This document shows positions 19,448 to 27,825 of a stretch of 64,000 bases of DNA, piece after piece. The notes under the pieces are model-generated. The model was not told where the DNA came from and made no database searches. It was given only the letters and a program-made list of their open reading frames with translations. Both the position numbers and the translations under genes were made by a program. Origin of the DNA: Candidatus Poseidoniaceae archaeon. GTDB taxonomy: Archaea; Thermoplasmatota; Poseidoniia; Poseidoniales; Poseidoniaceae. Each line of letters opens with the position of its first letter. The first letter of the stretch is position 1. The stretch spans positions 17,802 to 81,801 of the forward strand of contig CASIAP010000001.1 of NCBI GenBank assembly GCA_949372645.1, read 5' to 3'.

Positions 19448-20062
19448 TCAAAGAAGGTCGGCTAATTCGTCCTTGATGATTTCAACAGCTTCCAAGATTT
19501 CGTCTTTGTGACGAGCCCCGGTAATCACCATCTTTCCGCTTCCGAAAATCAAACAAACAACCTTTGGATAATCAAGGCGATAAATCAAACCTGGGAATTG
19601 TTCTGGTTCGTATTCAACTTTGTCGAAAGGCAAGTGGAACGTCAAGTTGTTCAAATTGAGTTTACGAGGGACACCAGCTTGTGGTTCGTTGGTGAACTTG
19701 TCCTTCCCATCGTAATCTTCAGGATAGTGGAGAGCATAGGTAGCAACCATGTTTTGAACTTCAATTTCAACTTGGTCAAGATCCCAAGTTTCGATTCCAG
19801 CAGCACGAAGGTCATCGATCATTCGCTCAATACCAACTTTGATATTATCTTCATTCTTTCCACCGGTGCAAACAGCACGGCCAGAACGGAACATGAGAAT
19901 AGCAAGTTTAGGGTCGACAACACGGTAAACAACACCTGGGAATTGTTCAGGCTCGTATTCACAATTCAGCTGGATAGCAATATCCGGCAAATCTAGTTCT
20001 TCAGCGACTCGGGTGCTCGCAACGACGTTAACCACAGTTAGACGTTCTTCATCAGTTGTCAT
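19448..20062 (-). CDS. tbp: TATA-box binding protein (transcription factor TFIID/TBP homolog)
   Basis: Two TBP direct repeats (VVASTRVAEELDL...FPGVVYRV...AILMFRSGRAVCTGGK and its second copy ...FPGLIYRL...VCLIFGSGKMVITGAR). The start is called at the MTTDEERL Met; the ORF track extends 17 codons upstream to 20113. Confidence 0.85.
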   Translation of the reverse strand: MTTDEERLTVVNVVASTRVAEELDLPDIAIQLNCEYEPEQFPGVVYRVVDPKLAILMFRSGRAVCTGGKNEDNIKVGIERMIDDLRAAGIETWDLDQVEIEVQNMVATYALHYPEDYDGKDKFTNEPQAGVPRKLNLNNLTFHLPFDKVEYEPEQFPGLIYRLDYPKVVCLIFGSGKMVITGARHKDEILEAVEIIKDELADLL

Positions 20063-20083
20063 AGTTGGGCCATATATAACGAC

Positions 20084-20094
20084 TATATAAAAAG
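20084..20094 (-). promoter_or_regulatory. TATA box (TTTTTATATAG on the coding strand) about 22-31 nt upstream of the tbp ATG; likely leaderless transcript
   Basis: Coding-strand sequence CCTTCTTTTTATATAGTCGTTATATATGGCCCAACT-ATG. This is a canonical archaeal TTTAWA-type box with a second TATAT 17 nt upstream of the ATG. Confidence 0.4.
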
Positions 20095-20142
20095 AAGGCA
20101 GGCACCATAGCACTTATCGACGTGAAAAAGAAGAGACTACGA

Positions 20143-21552
20143 CTATGCCTTTGGTTTCGTAGTCCATAATGGTAAATTTTTGGATTCATCAATGGATAAG
20201 CCGACGTTACCAAATTTGGAAATGAGTGTTCTTCCACCTGCCAATTCAATGGCTTCACTGGTTTGTTTCGGGTTGGTAGTCAAAGCGACCATACAACCAC
20301 CTCCGCCGGCACCGGTAAGTTTGGCGCCCAATGCAGTAGGAGCTGCAGCACGAATCAGGTTTTCCAACTCGGGACAAGATACACCGAGGCCTTGTAACAT
20401 GATTTGATTCTCACTCATCGCCCTTCCCACTCCGGCGTAATCTCCTTCTCGCAAGGATTGAATTCCCCGACGAGCAATCATACCAATGGTTTCAATTTCT
20501 TTCATTCGTTCAGGATGTGCTTCAATCGTTGCAGCTACTTTGGCGACTTGGTGGGATGTCGGTGCATGGACTCCTGTATTACCGATGACCAAAAACATCT
20601 CTTCGGTAGATTTCGGCAAGTCGATTGAATGTAAATGCCAGATTCGTTCACCCTCTGGCATTTCAAGGCGTCGCGTATAGAGATATTCTTCATCAGATTC
20701 AAGGGAATCTGAAAGAAGAACAATACCGCCATGAGCGCACGTTGAAGCATCCATCGGTGAAGCCCTACCACCTTGTGCAACCGCTTCGACCGAATGAGCG
20801 AGTAAGGCGCACTCATCAAGATCTACAACGCTTTCATCAGTGACATAGTGGTTTGTGTCCCCATCTTCGCCGCTTCGAAAAGCATTGATTTCTTGGTCTT
20901 CAACGGAATACAACTCCTTATTCTCAAAGTGACTTGAATAACCTTCAGCCCAGGAATTTGTGTTTTGTGGCTGGCCGGCTGCATTGAACCATCGACCTCG
21001 TGCTGTTCTCAACGCAGCACTTGCAGCAACAGAAAGTGCAGCAGAAGAACCCAGTCCAGATGCAGGCGGAATGTCCCCACTTATCTGGATGACAAGGTTT
21101 GGTGCACCTTGATGATGTTGCCATAATCTATTTCGTAAAGCTTGAACGTGTGGATGTCGTTTTGGATTGAATTGCATTCCATCAATTTTCCAAGACTCAC
21201 TTTCGGAGCCTAATGTCTCAATCGAGACTGAAATACGTTGCTCGATAGCGACCGCCACTGCAGGTTGCCCATAGACTACAGCATGCTCTCCAAAGAGAAT
21301 GCATTTTCCTGGAGCGCTCGCTGTTACTCGTCCCAAACAATCCCCCTCATGTTCACCAGCACCTTTCGCTTCATATCCCTTGTTCTTAGTCGATGGTCTT
21401 TGAGTCGGAATTGTCGGTGCATTGAAGGTTTGAACTTGTCTGCCACTGGCTATGGGAATCTTTCCCTTGAGCTGATATGAGATGGAACATCCATTGACAA
21501 TGACATATGGCCCCGTATCCGGGTGGGTCATACTCCTTCTTCTCGGAGGCAT
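20143..21552 (-). CDS. mvk: Mevalonate kinase (GHMP kinase family) with N-terminal extension and internal insertion
   Basis: GHMP motifs PGKCILFGEHAVVYG, SGLGSSAALSVAASAA and KLTGAGGGGC. The start may be the internal Met MTHPDTG (21531). It overlaps the divergent Fe-S oxidoreductase ORF start. Confidence 0.75.
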   Translation of the reverse strand: MPPRRRSMTHPDTGPYVIVNGCSISYQLKGKIPIASGRQVQTFNAPTIPTQRPSTKNKGYEAKGAGEHEGDCLGRVTASAPGKCILFGEHAVVYGQPAVAVAIEQRISVSIETLGSESESWKIDGMQFNPKRHPHVQALRNRLWQHHQGAPNLVIQISGDIPPASGLGSSAALSVAASAALRTARGRWFNAAGQPQNTNSWAEGYSSHFENKELYSVEDQEINAFRSGEDGDTNHYVTDESVVDLDECALLAHSVEAVAQGGRASPMDASTCAHGGIVLLSDSLESDEEYLYTRRLEMPEGERIWHLHSIDLPKSTEEMFLVIGNTGVHAPTSHQVAKVAATIEAHPERMKEIETIGMIARRGIQSLREGDYAGVGRAMSENQIMLQGLGVSCPELENLIRAAAPTALGAKLTGAGGGGCMVALTTNPKQTSEAIELAGGRTLISKFGNVGLSIDESKNLPLWTTKPKA

Positions 21553-23527
21553 TTCAGGTTCCTTTTTCCTCTATCAAGTTGTCAAAGCCTCTCGATTAGT
21601 TCTCATAGGTTCACCTGACAAGCGTTTCGATAACTGGGGGGCAAGAATCAAAGAGGTTCTTACCGGTTGGCTTGGACAGAAAAAAGTTCTCAAAGACCGT
21701 GTAGCAGGCGTTATTCACGTCCTCATGTTCTGGGGCTTTCTCATGCTATCAACCGATATGTTTGACTTGGCCACAGCGAATTGGTTTTCACATAACATCC
21801 TGCCAAGCTTTGTCCGGGGCCCTTGGAATCTCGTCGTTGAGACCGGTTACACCATTGCACTCATCGGCTGTGTTGCTGCATTGGTTCGTCGACTCATCTT
21901 TACACCTGAAAAACTGAAGGGAAAATCTCAACTTGAAGGTAATTTTATTCTTGTGCTCATCATGACCATCACCGTAACAGCGTTCTTTGTTGAAGCAGGT
22001 GAATCTACAGTATCATCAACTTGGGAACCGATTGGCTCATGGGTTGCTTCGAGTTTGGTTCCAAGCACAACATTAGTTGTTGGCGCCTATTGGATGCACA
22101 TGCTTGCCATATCCACGTTCTTGTTCCTCATTCCTCTTTCAAAGCACATGCACCTGGTGATGGCCTTTCCAAACGTCTTCTTTCATGATATGCGCCCAAT
22201 GGCTGCAATGGAGCCACTTGCTCGTGGTGAGGATGGAAAAGCAGTGCCTCTTGATGACCTCGATATTGAATCCTTTGGAACAGTAAACTACACCGATTTG
22301 ACTTGGCGAAACCTCATCGATGGTTGGGCTTGCACTTCCTGTGCCCGTTGCCAAGACGTTTGTCCTGCTTATGCCTCTGGGAAATCGTTGAATCCAATGC
22401 AAATTATTCACGATGTTCGTCATTATGCAAACGATAACGCGAGCACTTTACTTGCTGGAGAAACTCCTGCACAAGACATCATCGCTCGTTTCGGTGAAGA
22501 TGCCATTTGGGCGTGTACGACTTGTCACGCTTGTGTTGAAGCGTGTCCAATTTACATTGACCATGTTCCAAAATTAACCGATGCACGACGTCACTTGATG
22601 ATGGAGCGTATGGAATTTGATGAATCCGTTGAAGACACGGTCATGCCACTTATGGCTATGATTGAGAACCTTGAATCCGATTCAAATCCTTATGGATTAC
22701 CTTCTCACGAACGTGGCGACTGGGCAGAAGGTCTTGATGTCAAAGTCGCAGAACCAGCAGAATACATTTACTTCGCAGGCTGTGCAGCATCCTTCGATGA
22801 GCGAAACAAGAAAGTGGCTCGTGATACAATCAGTATCATGAAAGAGGCTGGCCTTGATGTTGGAATCCTCGGAATGGAAGAAGGTTGCAGTGGTGATGCT
22901 GCCCGTCGTGCAGGGAATGAATATCTCTTCCAGATGCTTGCAGAAACCAATTTGTCAACGTTTGAAGATATTGGTGTGAAAAAGATCGTAGCCTCCTGTC
23001 CTCATTGTTTCCACACCCTTGGAAAAGAATACAAGGACTATGGTGGAGAAGACATCGAAGTGATGCACCACTCACAACTCATCAGTCACCTGCAGCAAGA
23101 AGGAAAGTTACCTGAACCGAAGCATGACGGTTCAGTGACCTACCACGATCCATGTTACCTCGGTCGAATCGGTGGCGAAGTCGATGCACCTCGAGATGCC
23201 ATTGGTGGCGTCGATGTTGAAGTTGGTCGCCATGGAAAGGAATCGTTCTGCTGCGGTGCTGGTGGAGCACAAATGTGGATGGAAGAACATGTTGATGATG
23301 AGCATGACCGTGTCAACGTAATCCGCTCAAAGGAACTGGCAGAAACCGGTGCTGACACCGTTGCTGTTGGATGTCCATTCTGTTCAACGATGGTGACCGA
23401 TGGATTGAGTGCGATTGGTTCTGAGATGGAAGTCAAAGATATCGCTGAAATTGTTTGGGAACAAATCAAAGCAAACGATGCTGCAATCGAAGCAAAAAAG
23501 GCTGAAGTCGAACCAGCAGAAGCCTGA
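21482..23527 (+). CDS. Membrane-bound Fe-S oxidoreductase: N-terminal 5-6 TM (NarI/HdrE-like) domain fused to HdrD/GlpC-like domain with two 4Fe-4S ferredoxin motifs and two CCG domains
   Basis: Ferredoxin-type motifs CTSCARCQDVCP and CTTCHACVEACP. CCG-type cysteine motifs ASCPHCFHTL and CCGAGGA...GCPFCSTM. Hydrophobic N-terminal 230 aa. Confidence 0.65.
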   Translation: MEHPLTMTYGPVSGWVILLLLGGISGSFFLYQVVKASRLVLIGSPDKRFDNWGARIKEVLTGWLGQKKVLKDRVAGVIHVLMFWGFLMLSTDMFDLATANWFSHNILPSFVRGPWNLVVETGYTIALIGCVAALVRRLIFTPEKLKGKSQLEGNFILVLIMTITVTAFFVEAGESTVSSTWEPIGSWVASSLVPSTTLVVGAYWMHMLAISTFLFLIPLSKHMHLVMAFPNVFFHDMRPMAAMEPLARGEDGKAVPLDDLDIESFGTVNYTDLTWRNLIDGWACTSCARCQDVCPAYASGKSLNPMQIIHDVRHYANDNASTLLAGETPAQDIIARFGEDAIWACTTCHACVEACPIYIDHVPKLTDARRHLMMERMEFDESVEDTVMPLMAMIENLESDSNPYGLPSHERGDWAEGLDVKVAEPAEYIYFAGCAASFDERNKKVARDTISIMKEAGLDVGILGMEEGCSGDAARRAGNEYLFQMLAETNLSTFEDIGVKKIVASCPHCFHTLGKEYKDYGGEDIEVMHHSQLISHLQQEGKLPEPKHDGSVTYHDPCYLGRIGGEVDAPRDAIGGVDVEVGRHGKESFCCGAGGAQMWMEEHVDDEHDRVNVIRSKELAETGADTVAVGCPFCSTMVTDGLSAIGSEMEVKDIAEIVWEQIKANDAAIEAKKAEVEPAEA

Positions 23528-23547
23528 GCAACCGATGAGGTGGCACA

Positions 23548-24504
23548 GTGGTATCGAAGCTTTCTCAAAGCGCTTTACTCGCTTGGTACGCTGAAACAAA
23601 ACGAGATTTACCTTGGCGTCATACCAGCGATGGTTGGAAGATTCTTCTCTCTGAAATCTTACTTCAGCAAACTCAAGTCAGTCGAGGTATTGGCTATTGG
23701 CTAAAATTGGTCGAACGCTTTCCAACACCGCAATCTATGGCAGAGGCAGAGGTCGATGAAGTTCTCCTTCTCTGGCAAGGTGCAGGCTACTATAGCCGTG
23801 CTCGAAGATTGCATGCATTGGCTCGTCAGGTTTGTCTTCCTTCAAGCGAAGGAGGCTTCGATGGTGTCTTGCCTACAGCTTCAGTTCAACTGCTCCAGTT
23901 ACCTGGAGTTGGTCCCTACACGGCATCTGCTGTTGCCAGCATCGCCTATGGCGAACCTGTAGCCTGTGTTGATGGTAATATTCGTCGTGTGATGGCGCGA
24001 CAAACGAAATCAGTAAATCCTTCAGTAAAGGAAGTTGACCATTGGGCGGAAAAACACCTCTTCAAGCCTGATGCAGGAGATTGGAATCAGGCTGTGATGG
24101 AACTGGGTGCAACTGTATGCACACCGAAGCGGCCGAAATGTGACGACTGCCCGATTGCCTCAAGTTGCTCAGGTCGACACGAGGCCACTTCCTATCCCGA
24201 AGCCAAAAAAGTCAAGCGGAAGCGACTTGACCTCATGTGTGAACTTCGTTACGATTCATCTGGACTTCCTCAGCTTGTTCAAAGAGGAGAAAATGGAATT
24301 CTTGCAGGGCTTTGGGGGCCAAGAATGGCAGAGCACATTGAGATAGAGTCATTAGAATTCATTGGAGAGGTGAAGCATGTTCTTTCACACAGAGATATTT
24401 TTGTTCAAGTCTGGCTTGGTCACTGTCAAAACGGAATCGATCCAGAAACCGTTGCACTTTCATCATTAGATCGAAAGATACTCGCACTCGGGACAGGAAA
24501 CTGA
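23548..24504 (+). CDS. mutY: A/G-specific adenine DNA glycosylase (MutY family, HhH-GPD with 4Fe-4S cluster loop)
   Basis: EILLQQTQV MutY motif. HhH-GPD LPGVGPYTASAV. Cys4 FeS loop CTPKRPKCDDCPIASSC. C-terminal NUDIX-like domain. Confidence 0.75.
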   Translation: MVSKLSQSALLAWYAETKRDLPWRHTSDGWKILLSEILLQQTQVSRGIGYWLKLVERFPTPQSMAEAEVDEVLLLWQGAGYYSRARRLHALARQVCLPSSEGGFDGVLPTASVQLLQLPGVGPYTASAVASIAYGEPVACVDGNIRRVMARQTKSVNPSVKEVDHWAEKHLFKPDAGDWNQAVMELGATVCTPKRPKCDDCPIASSCSGRHEATSYPEAKKVKRKRLDLMCELRYDSSGLPQLVQRGENGILAGLWGPRMAEHIEIESLEFIGEVKHVLSHRDIFVQVWLGHCQNGIDPETVALSSLDRKILALGTGN

Positions 24505-24511
24505 ACTGAAC

Positions 24512-25240
24512 TCAAGAGACCAATTCATCCTTTGACAGATTCTTTGCTTTCAAGTCTGGTTCAAAGGCAGCGAGTGTAATAATCAAACCAATAAACAAAA
24601 TATATTCTGCCATGGCCGCATAATTAATCGCTGATTGAATTGTGTCAAGTCTATGCAACAAAGTGTCTCCATTGCTCAATTCATCCTGGTTCGAGCCAAT
24701 GAAGAAGATCAAAATTAGATTCATGGCAATTAAGCCAAATACAGCCATTCCCAATCCAATACGGCGGAGTTTTTTACCAGAGGTTTCTGTACTTTCAACG
24801 AGAAGATGGGTCGAAGTACCCCAAATGAGTCCTCCTACAAAAACGAAAAACGCTACGACACAATGCCATAAAAGCGCATCATACATGTTGACATATCCCA
24901 AAACAATTATTGCTACGCCAGTTGTTATTCCTGAATAAAAAGAGATACGAGTCTGCTTTGTTTTATCGGAGGATAGAAACAGGAGTCTGAAGCGATATGC
25001 GATGATACAAAGAACACCACCACTGATGGTGAGTCCTGTCGTGAAAATCCATCGCTCAAGTCCTGGATGATCTGCTTCGGAAATGAAAAAGGGCAGAGTG
25101 CGAGCATTTCCACTCAGAGCGTGAATCAACATTGAAAGGGCAACAGTAAGTAACGGCAAGAGCCAACCAATTCGTGCAAGAACATGGTCGGCGATCTCGA
25201 AACCTGCAACTTCAATGCCATTCTCACACTCAAGATTCAT
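24512..25240 (-). CDS. Hypothetical polytopic membrane protein (6-7 TM)
   Basis: Hydropathy only. It overlaps the upstream reductase gene by 11 nt on the same strand, suggesting an operon. Confidence 0.4.
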   Translation of the reverse strand: MNLECENGIEVAGFEIADHVLARIGWLLPLLTVALSMLIHALSGNARTLPFFISEADHPGLERWIFTTGLTISGGVLCIIAYRFRLLFLSSDKTKQTRISFYSGITTGVAIIVLGYVNMYDALLWHCVVAFFVFVGGLIWGTSTHLLVESTETSGKKLRRIGLGMAVFGLIAMNLILIFFIGSNQDELSNGDTLLHRLDTIQSAINYAAMAEYILFIGLIITLAAFEPDLKAKNLSKDELVS

Positions 25241-26267
25241 TCGAAAAGGCCTCCACAGTGTCGGTTATACAGGCTTCAAACGATTCCCATTCCATGCCCA
25301 ATACATCAGTTGCTTTCTTTGAGGAGAGATTTGCATCTCCTTTGAAATATCCTTTGACGGCTTTTCGAGTCATACGGCGTTCAGCTCCAAATATGCCCAT
25401 CAACCAATCTTGGAAGACGACAATGAACATCAATGAACGAGGAACAGCATGCCGTGGAGATTTCGTTTCAGGGTATTGCTCACGTATTGTACGGCACACA
25501 TCAGCGATTGTTTTGTTTTTGTGAGGCGCAACAATGAATCGGCCTTTTGCTTCATCGACTTCGAACGCTCGGCGATGAGCCCGTGCAACATCTCGAACAT
25601 GGACAATCGGAAGTGGGATTTTTGGAGCAAGTGGGAATTTGCCTTGGATGGCATCAGGGAAATAATCAACGCTGGGGGTTGGTTTTGCAAAGCCTCCACC
25701 GAGAACTGCACCTGGATTGATGACGCGTAAATCGAGTCCGTGCTTTTTCGCTAATTCCCAAGCGAGTCTTTCCGATTCGGTCTTGGCTACCGTATAGGGC
25801 GATGAGCGTAGAGTCTGCCAATCCTCTTCGGTTTTTTCACGGCCTTTCGGGAGTGACCCAATAGCTGCAACACTGGAGGTGTAAATCACTCGCGGAATCT
25901 TGGCTTGTTTGGCTGCTGTAAGCAAATGCGTCGTACCTTTATTGGCCGTATCGATAATGATTTGAGCATTCTTTGAATTTGAATAGACTGTTGCGGTATG
26001 GAATAAAGCATCACAACCCGACAGTTTTTCAGCCCACCCGTCTGCATCCAATACATCACCTTCAACCAACACAAGACGAGATTCACAATCCAAATCGAGT
26101 GCATGCTGACGGACATGGTCAACCTTCTGAGGGTCTGAAAGACTTCGAACAGACCCAATCACGTTGTAGCCATGTTCAAGCAAGTCTCGAACGATATGGT
26201 TACCAATATGGCCGTTAACACCGGTGACAAAAATGGTCGTCGAAACAGCCTCATTCCCATCTTTCAT
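25230..26267 (-). CDS. NAD(P)-dependent epimerase/reductase, extended SDR family (cinnamoyl-CoA / dihydroflavonol reductase-like)
   Basis: N-terminal Rossmann VTGVNGHIGNHIVRDLL. SDR catalytic YTVAKTESE (YxxxK). Confidence 0.65.
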   Translation of the reverse strand: MKDGNEAVSTTIFVTGVNGHIGNHIVRDLLEHGYNVIGSVRSLSDPQKVDHVRQHALDLDCESRLVLVEGDVLDADGWAEKLSGCDALFHTATVYSNSKNAQIIIDTANKGTTHLLTAAKQAKIPRVIYTSSVAAIGSLPKGREKTEEDWQTLRSSPYTVAKTESERLAWELAKKHGLDLRVINPGAVLGGGFAKPTPSVDYFPDAIQGKFPLAPKIPLPIVHVRDVARAHRRAFEVDEAKGRFIVAPHKNKTIADVCRTIREQYPETKSPRHAVPRSLMFIVVFQDWLMGIFGAERRMTRKAVKGYFKGDANLSSKKATDVLGMEWESFEACITDTVEAFSNES

Positions 26268-26324
26268 GCCATCCCCACATGGTAATGTGTCTTAACCTTC
26301 AAGTGAGGCTGTTCACACCGCTGG

Positions 26325-27824
26325 TTGAATCCCATGCCCATTCGACTGCACGACACCCGAAGGAGAGACAAAGTCGAATTTACGACTATGGAACCTGGAA
26401 AAGTATCGATGTATGTCTGTGGTGTAACTGTTTACGACCGTTGTCATTTAGGGCATGCTCGTTGTTATCTCGCATTCGATTTGATTCATCGCTGGCTAGA
26501 AGTCTCGGGTTTTGACGTTCATTATGTTCAAAACTTCACCGACATTGATGACAAAATCATTCAACGTGCAAACGAGTTAGGTGGCGATTGGAAAAAGTTG
26601 GTTGATGATAACATTGCCACGTATTACGAAGATATGGATGCACTCAATATTCTTCGAGCAGATGATTATCCACGATGTACCGATTACGTCGATGACATGA
26701 TCCGAATCACTCAGGACCTTATCGACAAAGGCCATGCATACCAAACTGATGAAGGCGTCTATTTTCATATTGATTCTGCACCTGAAAAATACGGTGCACT
26801 TACCGGCCAAAACATCGAAGCAGTTCGTTCAGGGGCTGGAGGCCGAGTTGGAGCCACAGGTTCAGCAAAGAAAGATCACAAGGATTTCGCACTTTGGAAA
26901 ACAGCCAAACCAGGTGAGCCAACTTGGGATTCTCCTTGGGGCCCAGGACGTCCGGGATGGCACATCGAATGCACCGCTATGTCGATGGATTACTTCGGTG
27001 CTCAATTTGATATTCACGGTGGGGGCCACGATTTACGTTTCCCTCATCACGAAGCAGAAATCTTCCAAGGTGAATGCCACACAGGATGCAGTCCAGTCGT
27101 TCACCACTGGTTGCACAATGGTTTTGTCAACATCGATGGCGAGAAAATGAGTAAGTCACTTGGGAACTTTTGGACGATTCAAGATATTCTTGAGAAAGTC
27201 GATGCAATGGTTCTCCGCTTCTCGCTCATTAATGCGCATTACCGTTCTCCGATTGACATGAATGAAACCATACTCAAGGATGCTGAACGAAACTACAACC
27301 GTCTGCTTGAAAACTATGTCCGGGCGTTGAAAATCTCAATCATCGAACCCTCTCCAGTTGATTTGCCCAAAGCCGATATCACAAGTTCACAACCACTTTC
27401 ACGCACTTTAGGAATGCTCGAAAAAATGGCTGAAGGATTTGCTCAGGCAATGGATGATGACTTCAACAGCCGTGAAGCAATCGCAAAGGTTTTGGGCGCA
27501 GTACGAGAAATTGGTAAAACACTCGACAGTAGTTTAGACCAAGCTGATAATCATGCATTTGCACGGTATGCTGTAGACTGGCTCGAAGAAACAGCAGGAG
27601 CAGTTCTTGGCGTTCTTCCTTCACGTGAAATGGCACTTGCCGAACCTGAAGAAGATCCACGCCGTGTTGCAGTTGCTGATGAAGTAGAGTTACTCTTAGT
27701 GGCTCGTGGTGAAGCACGAACGACCAAGGATTGGCCGAAGGCCGATGAAATCCGTGACCAGCTCAAAGCAATGGGTGTCGTCGTAAAAGATACGCCCGAT
27801 GGACCTGCATGGTCTCTCGAGTGA
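26325..27824 (+). CDS. cysS: Cysteinyl-tRNA synthetase
   Basis: [14 protein letters not shown] variant [16 protein letters not shown]. Zinc-binding Cys positions and a C-terminal anticodon-binding domain. Confidence 0.9.
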   Translation: MNPMPIRLHDTRRRDKVEFTTMEPGKVSMYVCGVTVYDRCHLGHARCYLAFDLIHRWLEVSGFDVHYVQNFTDIDDKIIQRANELGGDWKKLVDDNIATYYEDMDALNILRADDYPRCTDYVDDMIRITQDLIDKGHAYQTDEGVYFHIDSAPEKYGALTGQNIEAVRSGAGGRVGATGSAKKDHKDFALWKTAKPGEPTWDSPWGPGRPGWHIECTAMSMDYFGAQFDIHGGGHDLRFPHHEAEIFQGECHTGCSPVVHHWLHNGFVNIDGEKMSKSLGNFWTIQDILEKVDAMVLRFSLINAHYRSPIDMNETILKDAERNYNRLLENYVRALKISIIEPSPVDLPKADITSSQPLSRTLGMLEKMAEGFAQAMDDDFNSREAIAKVLGAVREIGKTLDSSLDQADNHAFARYAVDWLEETAGAVLGVLPSREMALAEPEEDPRRVAVADEVELLLVARGEARTTKDWPKADEIRDQLKAMGVVVKDTPDGPAWSLE

Positions 27825-27825
27825 A

